This document shows, piece by piece, positions 9,361 to 17,855 of a stretch of 64,000 nt of DNA (position 1 is the stretch's first letter; each line of letters starts with the position of its first letter). The stretch spans positions 1 through 64,000 of IMG/VR virus record IMGVR_UViG_3300036399_001571; one strand, 5' to 3'. Under the pieces are notes generated by a model. That model had not been told where the DNA came from and made no database searches. It worked only from the letters and a program-made list of their open reading frames with translations. The stretch is from a virus. Made by a program: the position numbers and the translations under genes.

Positions 9361-10009
9361 CATCTATCAAACTCTGTCAGAACCATTTCCAGCGGAGATG
9401 GAGAAGAGACTCAACAAGGGTGGGGCGAACCTCATCTACATCCCTGTAAGCGAAGTAATCAACCGAATGAACAAGGTTCTTGGGGTTGAGAACTGGTCGT
9501 TCACTGTTCATAGCTGGCAACAACTTGGAACATCGATTGTTGCTCACATTCAACTTCAGGCAAAAATTAATGGAGAAACCGTTCACCGCGACGGTGTTGG
9601 TGGGCAGAAAATCAAACTGAACAAACAAGGCGAACCAGTCGACATTGGCGACGAGGTTAAAGGTGCAGTATCTGACGCTTTAAAGAAGGCAGTCCAAACA
9701 CTCGGTGTTGGGCTTTACCTTGCGCGAAGCGAAGACGCAATTGAAATTGAACAAGTTATGGACAGCGAGATGGAAGCAGAGGCACGAGTGACACCTGAGG
9801 TTTCAACAAAGTGGGACAATTTCATGGGCATCGCAAAGGGGCTTTCTCCAGAGAATAGAGAAAAGCTCAATGAATATTGGAGCACATACAGCAATGGACA
9901 GCCAAAGCCAAAGCGTGAAACAGTAACCGAAGATGCTCTTGACAAGTTGATTGCAGAAGCGATTCGTCTTTCATTCGGCGGAGACTATGTGGTTGTAGAT
10001 GACAAGTGA
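9347..10009 (+). CDS. Rad52/Rad22-family (Sak-like) single-strand annealing protein
   Basis: YIPVSEVINRMNKVLGVENWSF, RDGVGG and KGAVSDALKKAVQTLGVGLYL. Confidence 0.88.
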   Translation: MTSNNIYQTLSEPFPAEMEKRLNKGGANLIYIPVSEVINRMNKVLGVENWSFTVHSWQQLGTSIVAHIQLQAKINGETVHRDGVGGQKIKLNKQGEPVDIGDEVKGAVSDALKKAVQTLGVGLYLARSEDAIEIEQVMDSEMEAEARVTPEVSTKWDNFMGIAKGLSPENREKLNEYWSTYSNGQPKPKRETVTEDALDKLIAEAIRLSFGGDYVVVDDK

Positions 10010-10802
10010 GCTAAAGGCTCCTGACTACTTGTCAGCATCTTCCATTGGGACATTTAAACAGTGCCCACAGAAGTTTAAGTTCAACAAAATTGACCTAATC
10101 CCAGACCCATCTAACCACTGGGCGGTATTAGGTAATTTTGTCCACGACATTCTTGAAGAGATGTATAAGCTCCCAGCTGAATTGCGGACACTTGCAAACT
10201 GTCGCCCATTAGCGAAACAGATATGGGATGAGAAGTGGGCAGAAGAAGCAATGAAAGTTGTTGACGGCTTTAAGGTCACTTACAAAATAGTCTCTCTTAG
10301 CGATGCTGAGGCGTTGAATAAATTTCGTTGGGCTGCATGGTTTTGTGTTGAGAATCTTTGGAACCTAGAGGACCCACAGAAACTTGAACCAACTGGCCTT
10401 GAATATGAACTAAATGGAGAGATAGCCGGAGTAAGGCTTCGTGGATTCATAGACAGATATAGCCAGACAGAAGGCAAAATGTCACTGACCGTAAGCGACT
10501 ACAAAACAGGCAAGACACCAAAGTATGACCTAGACGAAAAGTTTTCTCAGCTTTTAATTTATGCAAAACTTCTAATCAACCTTGGCGTTGGCGATGTCGA
10601 CAAAGTTGAACTTTTGTACCTCAAGGACGGAGTGAAACTCACGCGAGAAGTAACTCACTCTGAAATAGTAAAACTTGAAGAGATGATTCAAGAGACAAAG
10701 TCGCAAATAGATGAAAAATGCAGGACTGGTGAGTTTGAAGCAAAGACTTCGTTTCTGTGTAATTTTTGCAGTTACAAACGCATATGTCCGGCGTGGAGAT
10801 AA
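9999..10802 (+). CDS. PD-(D/E)XK RecB-like exonuclease
   Basis: LSASSIGTFKQCP, GNFVHDILE, LRGFIDR, VSDYKTGK, QLLIYA and C-terminal CNFCSYKRIC. Confidence 0.9.
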   Translation: MTSELKAPDYLSASSIGTFKQCPQKFKFNKIDLIPDPSNHWAVLGNFVHDILEEMYKLPAELRTLANCRPLAKQIWDEKWAEEAMKVVDGFKVTYKIVSLSDAEALNKFRWAAWFCVENLWNLEDPQKLEPTGLEYELNGEIAGVRLRGFIDRYSQTEGKMSLTVSDYKTGKTPKYDLDEKFSQLLIYAKLLINLGVGDVDKVELLYLKDGVKLTREVTHSEIVKLEEMIQETKSQIDEKCRTGEFEAKTSFLCNFCSYKRICPAWR

Positions 10803-10804
10803 AG

Positions 10805-11314
10805 ATGATGCTCAACGATGACGCATTTGCAAGAATGGTTGCAGAGGAAGTAAAGAACAAACTTTCTCCGCTTCATAAAAAACAATTGATGGAAAAGGAA
10901 AACTGGAACAGGTGGAGAGACGCGCTCCTATTTCTTTCCGAAAATCTAAAAGAACAGATTGACGAGATTGAGTACGACGCTCAAGCCGATGATGCCAGGT
11001 ATACGGCACTCGGCAGGGATGGCAGAAGGCTTGCTATTGAAGCAAAAGCGGCATACGACTCAAAGCTAAAGAAGGTCAGTAGGTTTAAGTTCCACGTTGA
11101 CAAGCGACTTGATGAAGTTGCTGCAATGATTGAAACTGGCGATGAAATATCTTCAGATGGATGGGAGCAAGTTGATTTCTACAAGAGAGCGATTGCCACC
11201 CATCGTGCAATGTTGAGAGACTACGACCTTGAAGAAACATCAATCGATAGGGCTCTCTGGGCGACCCTTGAAAGCAAGTGGGAGTTTGACCAGATTGACG
11301 TTGAGAATCTCTAA
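10805..11314 (+). CDS. Hypothetical coiled-coil protein
   Basis: Helical charged ORF in the operon; start moved to MMLND. Confidence 0.7.
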   Translation: MMLNDDAFARMVAEEVKNKLSPLHKKQLMEKENWNRWRDALLFLSENLKEQIDEIEYDAQADDARYTALGRDGRRLAIEAKAAYDSKLKKVSRFKFHVDKRLDEVAAMIETGDEISSDGWEQVDFYKRAIATHRAMLRDYDLEETSIDRALWATLESKWEFDQIDVENL

Positions 11315-11319
11315 CTAAG

Positions 11320-11694
11320 GTGAAACCTAGAAAGCCGCTCAAGAGAGGCAAACCGCCAAAAAGAGGCGCTCCCCCAAAGCGAACTGGTTCAATAAAGAAA
11401 AGAAGCAAAAAGCAATCTGAGCTTTATGAACTGCGGCGTCCATTTGTAGAAAAGATTCTTAGCGAACGACCTTTTTGTCAGGCTTGCAAAGTTTTTGCAC
11501 AGCATGATGAAAAAGTAACTTTTACCCAAAAGAACAGTACGGACGTTCACGAAATAATTCGTCGCTCACAGGGCGGCTCGATACTTGATGAAGATAACGT
11601 TCTTGCGGTTTGCAGACCATGTCACACAAGAATTGGAAACCATCCACAGCTTGCTTTTGATTTAGGGTTAGCAAAAAGAAGTTGGGAAAAATAA
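11320..11694 (+). CDS. HNH endonuclease with basic N-terminus
   Basis: CQAC, DVHE..RSQGG and NVLAVCRPCHTRI. Confidence 0.85.
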   Translation: MKPRKPLKRGKPPKRGAPPKRTGSIKKRSKKQSELYELRRPFVEKILSERPFCQACKVFAQHDEKVTFTQKNSTDVHEIIRRSQGGSILDEDNVLAVCRPCHTRIGNHPQLAFDLGLAKRSWEK

Positions 11695-11770
11695 TTTATT
11701 ATGTCTTTTTATTTGACACTTTCAGTATTTAAACTCAGTATAAACTGGAATTCCTTAGGACCGTTATAGG

Positions 11771-11808
11771 TGCGAAAGTCGGGTGGGGAGACTCACTCGG
11801 CTTTTGCA
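11771..11808 (+). ncRNA. Long G-U-rich hairpin with GAGA tetraloop (small RNA or terminator)
   Basis: TGCGAAAGTCGGGTGGG-GAGA-CTCACTCGGCTTTTGCA pairs over 17 bp using several G-U wobbles. Confidence 0.4.
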
Positions 11809-11886
11809 TGTTCGGTGTCTTTTACTAGATTTTTAATTATAAATGCTTTACTATTTAGCTTTAATAAATAGTGTTACTCTTTTTTC

Positions 11887-12035
11887 ATCTAGCCAATATC
11901 TACTCCGAGTGGAAGAAGGGCAGGTGGTCAAAAGGTCTAGTAGCGAAAGCTATGGCAAATCGAAGACTCGACTGCACGCCACCTGTGTCACTCGACAAAC
12001 CCGCTGAACCGGCTAGGTGTTCGGCGGGTTTTTGC
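11887..12035 (+). ncRNA. Candidate structured small RNA
   Basis: Extended -10-like TGTTACTCT at 11872-11880. Nested stems CGAGTG/CACTCG, CAGGTGG/CCACCTG, GTCT/AGAC and TAGC-GAAA-GCTA. Followed by a terminator. Confidence 0.5.
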
Positions 12036-12038
12036 TTT
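11997..12038 (+). terminator. Intrinsic terminator
   Basis: AAACCCGCTGAAC / GTTCGGCGGGTTT 13-bp stem (one G-U) followed by TTGCTTTT. Confidence 0.75.
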
Positions 12039-12057
12039 TATGGATTAGTATCTGTCC

Positions 12058-12588
12058 GTGAATATCAATCTACTTGGGCTTGACCTCTCCTTAACGTCCA
12101 CTGGGTATTCTCATAACGGCGATACGGGTGTCATCTCAACCAGCGAAAAGGGCGTCCAAAGGCTAAGGACAATTTCTGAAACAATTAAAAAAATAGTTTT
12201 AGAAAATGATATTGATGTTGTCATTGTTGAGGGTTATTCCTTCGCATCTCGCAGTGGGCAAGCATTTTCCATTGGAGAACTTGGTGGAGTCGTGCGGCTT
12301 TGCCTGTTTGAACTAGGCGTTCCATTCGTGGAAATACCGCCAACATGTAGGGCTAAGTTTGCCACCGGAAAAGGCAACGCTTCAAAGAACGAAGTAATTT
12401 CTGCTGTTTCTGCCAAGACCGGAATCGTATGGGGGAACCCTGGGGCAGACGACAAATGTGACGCTTGGATTCTCGAAGAGATGGCTCTTGCCTTTATAGA
12501 AAAACCGAGGTTTTCTTGGCCAGCAACGAATATGTCAGCCTTAGACAAAGTAGATTGGAGCCCACTACAAGTGAAAGGCAGTACATGA
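12058..12588 (+). CDS. ruvC: RuvC-like Holliday junction resolvase
   Basis: LGLDLSLTSTG, VEGYSF, GELGG, KFATGKGNASK and DDKCDA acidic motifs. Confidence 0.88.
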   Translation: MNINLLGLDLSLTSTGYSHNGDTGVISTSEKGVQRLRTISETIKKIVLENDIDVVIVEGYSFASRSGQAFSIGELGGVVRLCLFELGVPFVEIPPTCRAKFATGKGNASKNEVISAVSAKTGIVWGNPGADDKCDAWILEEMALAFIEKPRFSWPATNMSALDKVDWSPLQVKGST

Positions 12589-12920
12589 GAAGCGCACCTA
12601 TTAGTCAAGTTGAAATTGAACAAGAGATGCTCAGGCTCGTTGGGGAACTAGAAAAAGAAACTGAAGCATTTGAGGTTTTAGCCGTTGAGGCGGCCAAGAA
12701 AGAAGCAAGGTACAAGTCGAACTGGGCAAAGGAATATCTCGCTCGTTCTGGCTCAATCAAGGAACGTGAAGCTTGGGCCGACTATAAGCTTGATGACGTT
12801 AACTATGAATACAAGATTGCAGAGGCTCTTGTTAAAACAAAACGAGAAGCACTATTATCTTTGCGAACATCAATAGATGCAATGCGAACACTTAATGCAA
12901 ACGTGAGAGTACAGGTATGA
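12585..12920 (+). CDS. Hypothetical coiled-coil protein
   Basis: Start MRSAP overlaps the ruvC stop (ATGA). Confidence 0.7.
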   Translation: MRSAPISQVEIEQEMLRLVGELEKETEAFEVLAVEAAKKEARYKSNWAKEYLARSGSIKEREAWADYKLDDVNYEYKIAEALVKTKREALLSLRTSIDAMRTLNANVRVQV

Positions 12921-13711
12921 GCGGAATACATCCTTCTTTAAAATCACTCGCCGTAGACATCGACACTCTTGACTATCTTGAGGGGAATCCGCGAATAGGA
13001 AATGTTGAAGCAATCATGGCTTCATACTCAGAGTTCGGTCAGGTTAAGCCAATTGTCGCCAAGAAAAACGACGATGGAACTGCAACTGTTATCGCAGGTA
13101 ATCACCAACTTGAAGCAGCAGTCAATCTCGGATGGGAACAGATTGCGGTTATTTTCCTAGACGCCGACGACAAAAAAGCAATTGCTTTTGCTCTTGCCGA
13201 TAACAGGACAATGGAGCTTGGTTATACAGAACCAGAGCTCTTAACCGACATGCTTCTAGAAATTAGCGAGTACTACCCAGACCTTCTTGATGGATTGGGC
13301 TGGGACGAATTCGAACTTGCATCAATGGAAAGCGACATGATAATTGAGCAAGCAAGAATGGATAACTCCGAAGAAGAGATTCCACAGACTAGAGAACAAA
13401 TAGCAGAGCAAAAAGTTTACGACGATGCTGTTGACTCAATAAAGGGAATGGTTCAAAAAGATGATTCTGGAGAAAACAGAATCGTTGCCAATTCGAATCT
13501 AGACCATTCTGATATTGCTACTCGTGGCTCCACTATTGCTGTACCGGGCTCAGCTCCACAGGCAGCAGTTCAATACACAATTGTTTTTGATAATGCAGAC
13601 CAGCAGGCTCTGTGGTACAAATTTATCAAGTGGCTGCGTTCTGACCCAGCTGTTGACGGAGACACCACGGCAGAGAAATTGATTAACTTCATAGACCCAC
13701 ACATGCCATGA
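12917..13711 (+). CDS. ParB/sulfiredoxin-like domain protein
   Basis: NPRIGNVEAIMASYSEFGQVKPIV, VIAGNH and ALADNR. Confidence 0.85.
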   Translation: MSGIHPSLKSLAVDIDTLDYLEGNPRIGNVEAIMASYSEFGQVKPIVAKKNDDGTATVIAGNHQLEAAVNLGWEQIAVIFLDADDKKAIAFALADNRTMELGYTEPELLTDMLLEISEYYPDLLDGLGWDEFELASMESDMIIEQARMDNSEEEIPQTREQIAEQKVYDDAVDSIKGMVQKDDSGENRIVANSNLDHSDIATRGSTIAVPGSAPQAAVQYTIVFDNADQQALWYKFIKWLRSDPAVDGDTTAEKLINFIDPHMP

Positions 13712-14853
13712 CCAGACAAAGAATGTTCTTGAACATTTCTTGCGTGGAAGCTGCGCGCCAAAGAATCAGGCATGTCTACGACCAGTTCGACACTGTGTGC
13801 GTGCAGTTCTCTGGTGGCAAAGACTCAACGGCTGCTCTGCTATTGGCAAAGGAAGTTCACGAGGAACGTGGGCTTGGACCAGTCAAAGTTATCTTCAGAG
13901 ATGAAGAGATGGTTAGCCCAAAGACAATTGAATATGTTGAAAGAGTAAGGAACTACGACTGGGTAGATATGGAATGGTATTGCCTTCCATTCATTGCTGA
14001 AGTTTGGGTTCTTGGAAAGCGTGAACGAATCCTTCTATGGGGCGCTCTTCGCGGAAGCGAGGGCAGGTGGGTTAGAGATATGCCACCATGGGCAATCAAT
14101 GCTCAAACACTTGGATTGAATCCAGCCATGTCTCTTCCAGAGCAAACCGACTATTACACAATGCAGGGAAAGGTCGGCAACGTTGCCTTCATCACTGGTG
14201 TTCGTGCAAGTGAGTCAATGGTTCGTTATCGCTCAATTGTTCAGAAGCTTCATGAAAATTACATCGTTACTCCATACAAGCTAAAAAGAGGAATACCTCT
14301 TAAGTTCGCAAAGGTCATTTACGACTGGAATACGGATGATGTTTTCAAGTTCATAGTCGAAGAGCACGGTTCTGATTATTGCGAGTACTACGACCTTGCA
14401 GCTTTGACTGGCAGCAATACGCGAGTCGGTATCCCACTCCACTCCATTGCTATCAGAAGAATCGGAGATGTGGTTGCCACCGAACCGGAATTCTACGACA
14501 AGCTTGTTGAGTGTTTTCCGCACATTGACGCTCAAAGAAGAATATGGAAAGACTTCGATGTTGAGAAGTTGATTTCTAAGTATGCCAAGGATGGTTTTAC
14601 TGGTGCATCCAACTTCATCAATGATTTTATTATTGGCGAAGAAGCAGCTCGGTCTGCAAGAACTTTCGTTGCGAAGTTTAGGCAGAAGCACGCTATAGAC
14701 CCAGGCGGGTATCCACTCAATTATCTAATTAGAACTCTTCTCCTAAACCAGTTTGACTCAAACTCACCGACACCAGTTGGCCCCAAAACAAAAGCTCATG
14801 CCGTAAGAACCATTGAATCGACGGAGGAACAAAGTGAAACATTTGAATATTAA
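13708..14853 (+). CDS. PAPS-reductase/PP-loop family protein (IbrA/DndC-like)
   Basis: FSGGKDS PP-loop, FRDEE, ITGVRASES and IYDWNTDDVF. Confidence 0.85.
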   Translation: MTRQRMFLNISCVEAARQRIRHVYDQFDTVCVQFSGGKDSTAALLLAKEVHEERGLGPVKVIFRDEEMVSPKTIEYVERVRNYDWVDMEWYCLPFIAEVWVLGKRERILLWGALRGSEGRWVRDMPPWAINAQTLGLNPAMSLPEQTDYYTMQGKVGNVAFITGVRASESMVRYRSIVQKLHENYIVTPYKLKRGIPLKFAKVIYDWNTDDVFKFIVEEHGSDYCEYYDLAALTGSNTRVGIPLHSIAIRRIGDVVATEPEFYDKLVECFPHIDAQRRIWKDFDVEKLISKYAKDGFTGASNFINDFIIGEEAARSARTFVAKFRQKHAIDPGGYPLNYLIRTLLLNQFDSNSPTPVGPKTKAHAVRTIESTEEQSETFEY

Positions 14854-15391
14854 TTACGTAAAGGCAAGCGACTTAAAGATTCCGGAATGGAAGGCAACGC
14901 ACATACTCCGTCCAGACTTGCTTGTCTTGTCTGCATCGCTAATGGAATTTGGTTTTATTGAGCCAATCCACATCCGGGCATCAACCAAGGAAGTTATAGA
15001 CGGAAGCGAAAGACTCAGACTGGCCATGAATGTTTCAAGAATTGCCGATGCTCATGGGGACATGATTCCAGTCATCGAGCACGATTGCGATGGTCTGACC
15101 GCAATGATGATGCATCTACGCCTAAACAGGGGGCGCGGAAACCTGGTTTCAAAGAAGATTTCCAACATAGTACGGAAGCTAAAGCAGTCTGGAAAATACA
15201 ATCGCCATGATTTTGATTTGCTTTTGTGCATGAAGACTGACGAGCTTGAGGTAATGTTAGAGGCGTCAATCATCAAGACGAGAAACATAGCTGAACACAC
15301 GTACTCCCGTGCTTGGGTCCCAATTGAGGCTCCTGCAGGAACAGTGGACAGCGAGCCAGTTGTAGAAAGACCACCGAATCCGGATAGGTGA
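14834..15391 (+). CDS. ParB-like protein (IbrB-like)
   Basis: GTG start with GGAGGA RBS; GFIEPI, VIDGSERL and RLNRGRG. Confidence 0.75.
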   Translation: MKHLNINYVKASDLKIPEWKATHILRPDLLVLSASLMEFGFIEPIHIRASTKEVIDGSERLRLAMNVSRIADAHGDMIPVIEHDCDGLTAMMMHLRLNRGRGNLVSKKISNIVRKLKQSGKYNRHDFDLLLCMKTDELEVMLEASIIKTRNIAEHTYSRAWVPIEAPAGTVDSEPVVERPPNPDR

Positions 15392-15394
15392 CGG

Positions 15395-15403
15395 TGATAT
15401 AAT
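15395..15403 (+). promoter_or_regulatory. Extended -10 promoter element
   Basis: TGATATAAT is a perfect TGn-TATAAT, upstream of the basic protein gene. Confidence 0.6.
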
Positions 15404-15441
15404 TATTTTATTAGTCCGTCCAAAAACAAGGAACAATTAAT

Positions 15442-15894
15442 ATGCCACAGCCAATTCAAGGACCAACGCTTGCTGAAGTAGCTTTGAATCGAAGAGAAAA
15501 TGAAAAACTTGTTAAAGCGAGGGGTGTTCTTTCCAAAGACGGCAGGGACAGACTGAAGAAGGCGCTGAAAGCTCCAGACATGACTGGTGCCACTCAGAGA
15601 GAAAAAGCCAGACAAAGACAGATAGCCAGGGAACTCAAGAAGTACAGAACAGGAGCAAAGGGCGCTCCGTCGACACGAAAAGCCAACGCTCTTTTCAACG
15701 AGTCTGGAAGAATTGGCGCAAGAGCAAGAAAACGAGCAGCTGAAAAAACAGCAGCAGCAGCCAAGAAGGCAAAGAAGGCCAAGAAAGCCGCTAAGAAGGC
15801 ACCCGCCAAAAAGGCTGCTAAAAAGGCTCCAGCCAAGAAAGCAGCCAAGAAGGCAGCACGACCAGTTAAGAAAGCAGCCAAGAAAAGTCGCTAG
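15442..15894 (+). CDS. Lys/Ala-rich histone-like basic protein
   Basis: C-terminal AKKAAKKAPAKKAAKKAPAKKAAKK repeats. Confidence 0.75.
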   Translation: MPQPIQGPTLAEVALNRRENEKLVKARGVLSKDGRDRLKKALKAPDMTGATQREKARQRQIARELKKYRTGAKGAPSTRKANALFNESGRIGARARKRAAEKTAAAAKKAKKAKKAAKKAPAKKAAKKAPAKKAAKKAARPVKKAAKKSR

Positions 15895-15938
15895 GACTTA
15901 ATTATTGAGTTATAAATAATTAGTGCTTTTCTTTAAAG

Positions 15939-15947
15939 TGCTACAAT
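15939..15947 (+). promoter_or_regulatory. Extended -10 promoter element of the neck/tail operon
   Basis: TGCTACAAT upstream of 15981. Confidence 0.5.
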
Positions 15948-15980
15948 TGGACTGAAAAGTTGCAACCTCAGAGGTAAGCC

Positions 15981-16625
15981 ATGCTTGTATCAGTTCAAGA
16001 TTTAGTCACATATATGGACATCTCTCTGTCTATGCGTCAACAAGATGCTGCCGAGATGGTTCTTGAAGGTCTTCAAAGCGAGCTAGAAGCGTATCTTCGC
16101 AGACCTGTCGAGCCAACAGAGTTCACTGAAGAATATGTTCTTGACTCGGGTCACCTTGGCGTTCCAATGGGCACTTTCCTTTCAGTTAATAGGCCGGTTG
16201 GTGACTCATTTAGCACGACGAGTCCTGTGGAAAATACCGTCTATACGGAGCCTCCACAGACAATATATTTGCGCAACTCCCCTGTCGTCTCTGTAATCGA
16301 GGTCACCGTCAAGCCGCAATTCGGCGAAGAGCGCGTTTTGGTTCCGGAAAGCGACTATGTGGTTAGACGATACGGAATTGACTACTTCTTTGGATTCTCT
16401 AACGACATAGTGACGGTTAACTACACTGCTGGCCTTGATGGTGAAAACATAAAGATGTTTAAATTGATGATTCTTCGCGCGGCAACTCGTGAAATGCAAA
16501 ACATGCACGACGATGTCGTTGGTGTAAAAGACCTCAACACAAGAAACGTTGCGCCACTGGAAACAGGGTTCTCCGACCGCGAGCTTGCCTCTGTCAGAAA
16601 GTACAGAAGAGTTAGAGTTGCGTAA
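15981..16625 (+). CDS. Head-tail connector/adaptor
   Basis: LVSVQDL..Y N-terminus, LRNSPVVSV and VTVNYTAG; first gene of the tail operon. Confidence 0.75.
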   Translation: MLVSVQDLVTYMDISLSMRQQDAAEMVLEGLQSELEAYLRRPVEPTEFTEEYVLDSGHLGVPMGTFLSVNRPVGDSFSTTSPVENTVYTEPPQTIYLRNSPVVSVIEVTVKPQFGEERVLVPESDYVVRRYGIDYFFGFSNDIVTVNYTAGLDGENIKMFKLMILRAATREMQNMHDDVVGVKDLNTRNVAPLETGFSDRELASVRKYRRVRVA

Positions 16626-17110
16626 TGGCTAGGACAACTGGCAGGATAACAATTGAGGTTGAAGTCAAGGCGGATGATGTTCTTGAACTCCTAGAAAACA
16701 TGAAGGACAGGGCTAATGATATGCGGCCTGTTTTCAGATGGGCAAAGGGTCAACTTGAATTAGCCAATGCGGCAAACTTCATGGCTAACGGCCTTCCAAG
16801 CGGAAAGCCATGGGCGCCACTTGACAAGGACTACGGCACATGGAAATCAGCACGCTTCCCCGGACGCGGAACGATGGTTCAGACTGGCAACCTTTTTAGA
16901 AGCCTTATCAACATGAACGACTCGTCGGTTAACGTTATAGAAAAAGATACAGCTACATTTGGGACCAACGTTGAGTACGCAAAGTTTCATCAATATGGAA
17001 CCACAAAAATGGCCAAAAGAAAAATAGTTTTCACCCCACGGGAATTCCCACGAGAACTTGGAATTAACATGGTCAAATATATGGTTCTTGGTGAGGATGC
17101 GATTACATGA
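16625..17110 (+). CDS. Virion morphogenesis/neck protein (Mu gpG-like)
   Basis: WAPL, TGNLFRSL, FGTNVEYAKFHQYGT and MAKRK. Confidence 0.85.
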   Translation: MARTTGRITIEVEVKADDVLELLENMKDRANDMRPVFRWAKGQLELANAANFMANGLPSGKPWAPLDKDYGTWKSARFPGRGTMVQTGNLFRSLINMNDSSVNVIEKDTATFGTNVEYAKFHQYGTTKMAKRKIVFTPREFPRELGINMVKYMVLGEDAIT

Positions 17111-17715
17111 GCCTGATGCATGGCCCACAGTTTGCCAAGTCTTATGTCAATGAATATCTTAAATTGGATATTCCAACGAGAATAGTTAGCTATCGAAATG
17201 GCTGGAACGTTGACGACATTACTCTCCCGACACCAATCGACTTCTTCATCCACGAACCAATTGCAATGGATACCTGGCCGACAATAATCACCGCAGCAAT
17301 ATCTACAAGTAAATTTGAAAGAATTGGTTATGACGGGTCAGACCCTCTCTACCGTGTTGACTACTCAATGCGCACATATGTGTGGACTAGGTCAGATGGA
17401 GCCGAAGCTGTAACAACAATGAGAGACCGCTTAACCACGGTTCTCAGAGCAGCCCTTCTCGACTACCCATGCCTCAAGGCGTATGACGATAGGAACTCTT
17501 TTCGTGCAATGATTGACGAATCAACCATTCGTGAAGAGTTCTCCGACCTGACGCTGCTAAAGGGTGACAGGTTCCTTGCTGGTTCATACATCTCGTACAC
17601 ACTGCAAATAGACGAGATAGTCACAAGGGAGCCAATAGGTACGGTTTCAGAAATTGACCTGGAAGTAATAAATACTCCACTAACCGATAGTCTCCCTACT
17701 TTTGAACCTTTGTGA
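17107..17715 (+). CDS. Putative tail completion/terminator protein
   Basis: Position between neck and sheath genes; no motif recognised. Confidence 0.55.
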   Translation: MSLMHGPQFAKSYVNEYLKLDIPTRIVSYRNGWNVDDITLPTPIDFFIHEPIAMDTWPTIITAAISTSKFERIGYDGSDPLYRVDYSMRTYVWTRSDGAEAVTTMRDRLTTVLRAALLDYPCLKAYDDRNSFRAMIDESTIREEFSDLTLLKGDRFLAGSYISYTLQIDEIVTREPIGTVSEIDLEVINTPLTDSLPTFEPL

Positions 17716-17855
17716 AGTACAATAAAAAAGGTTTAAAACATAAAACCGTTTACATCAAATCTTTTTAACAGTTGCATTAGAAAAACGTTTTGCATCTGTA
17801 CAATTGAAACTAATAAGCGGGATTCCAATCCTAAAACGAGCAACAGGAGTGTCCA

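Noticed and set aside
9999-10802. Cas4
   Set aside because: The Cys pattern is shared with phage RecB-like exonucleases, it sits next to a Rad52-like annealase, and no cas genes or array are present.
11880-12040. tRNA or known self-cleaving ribozyme
   Set aside because: No cloverleaf, T-loop or hammerhead CUGAUGA core is present; the region is kept only as an unassigned structured RNA.
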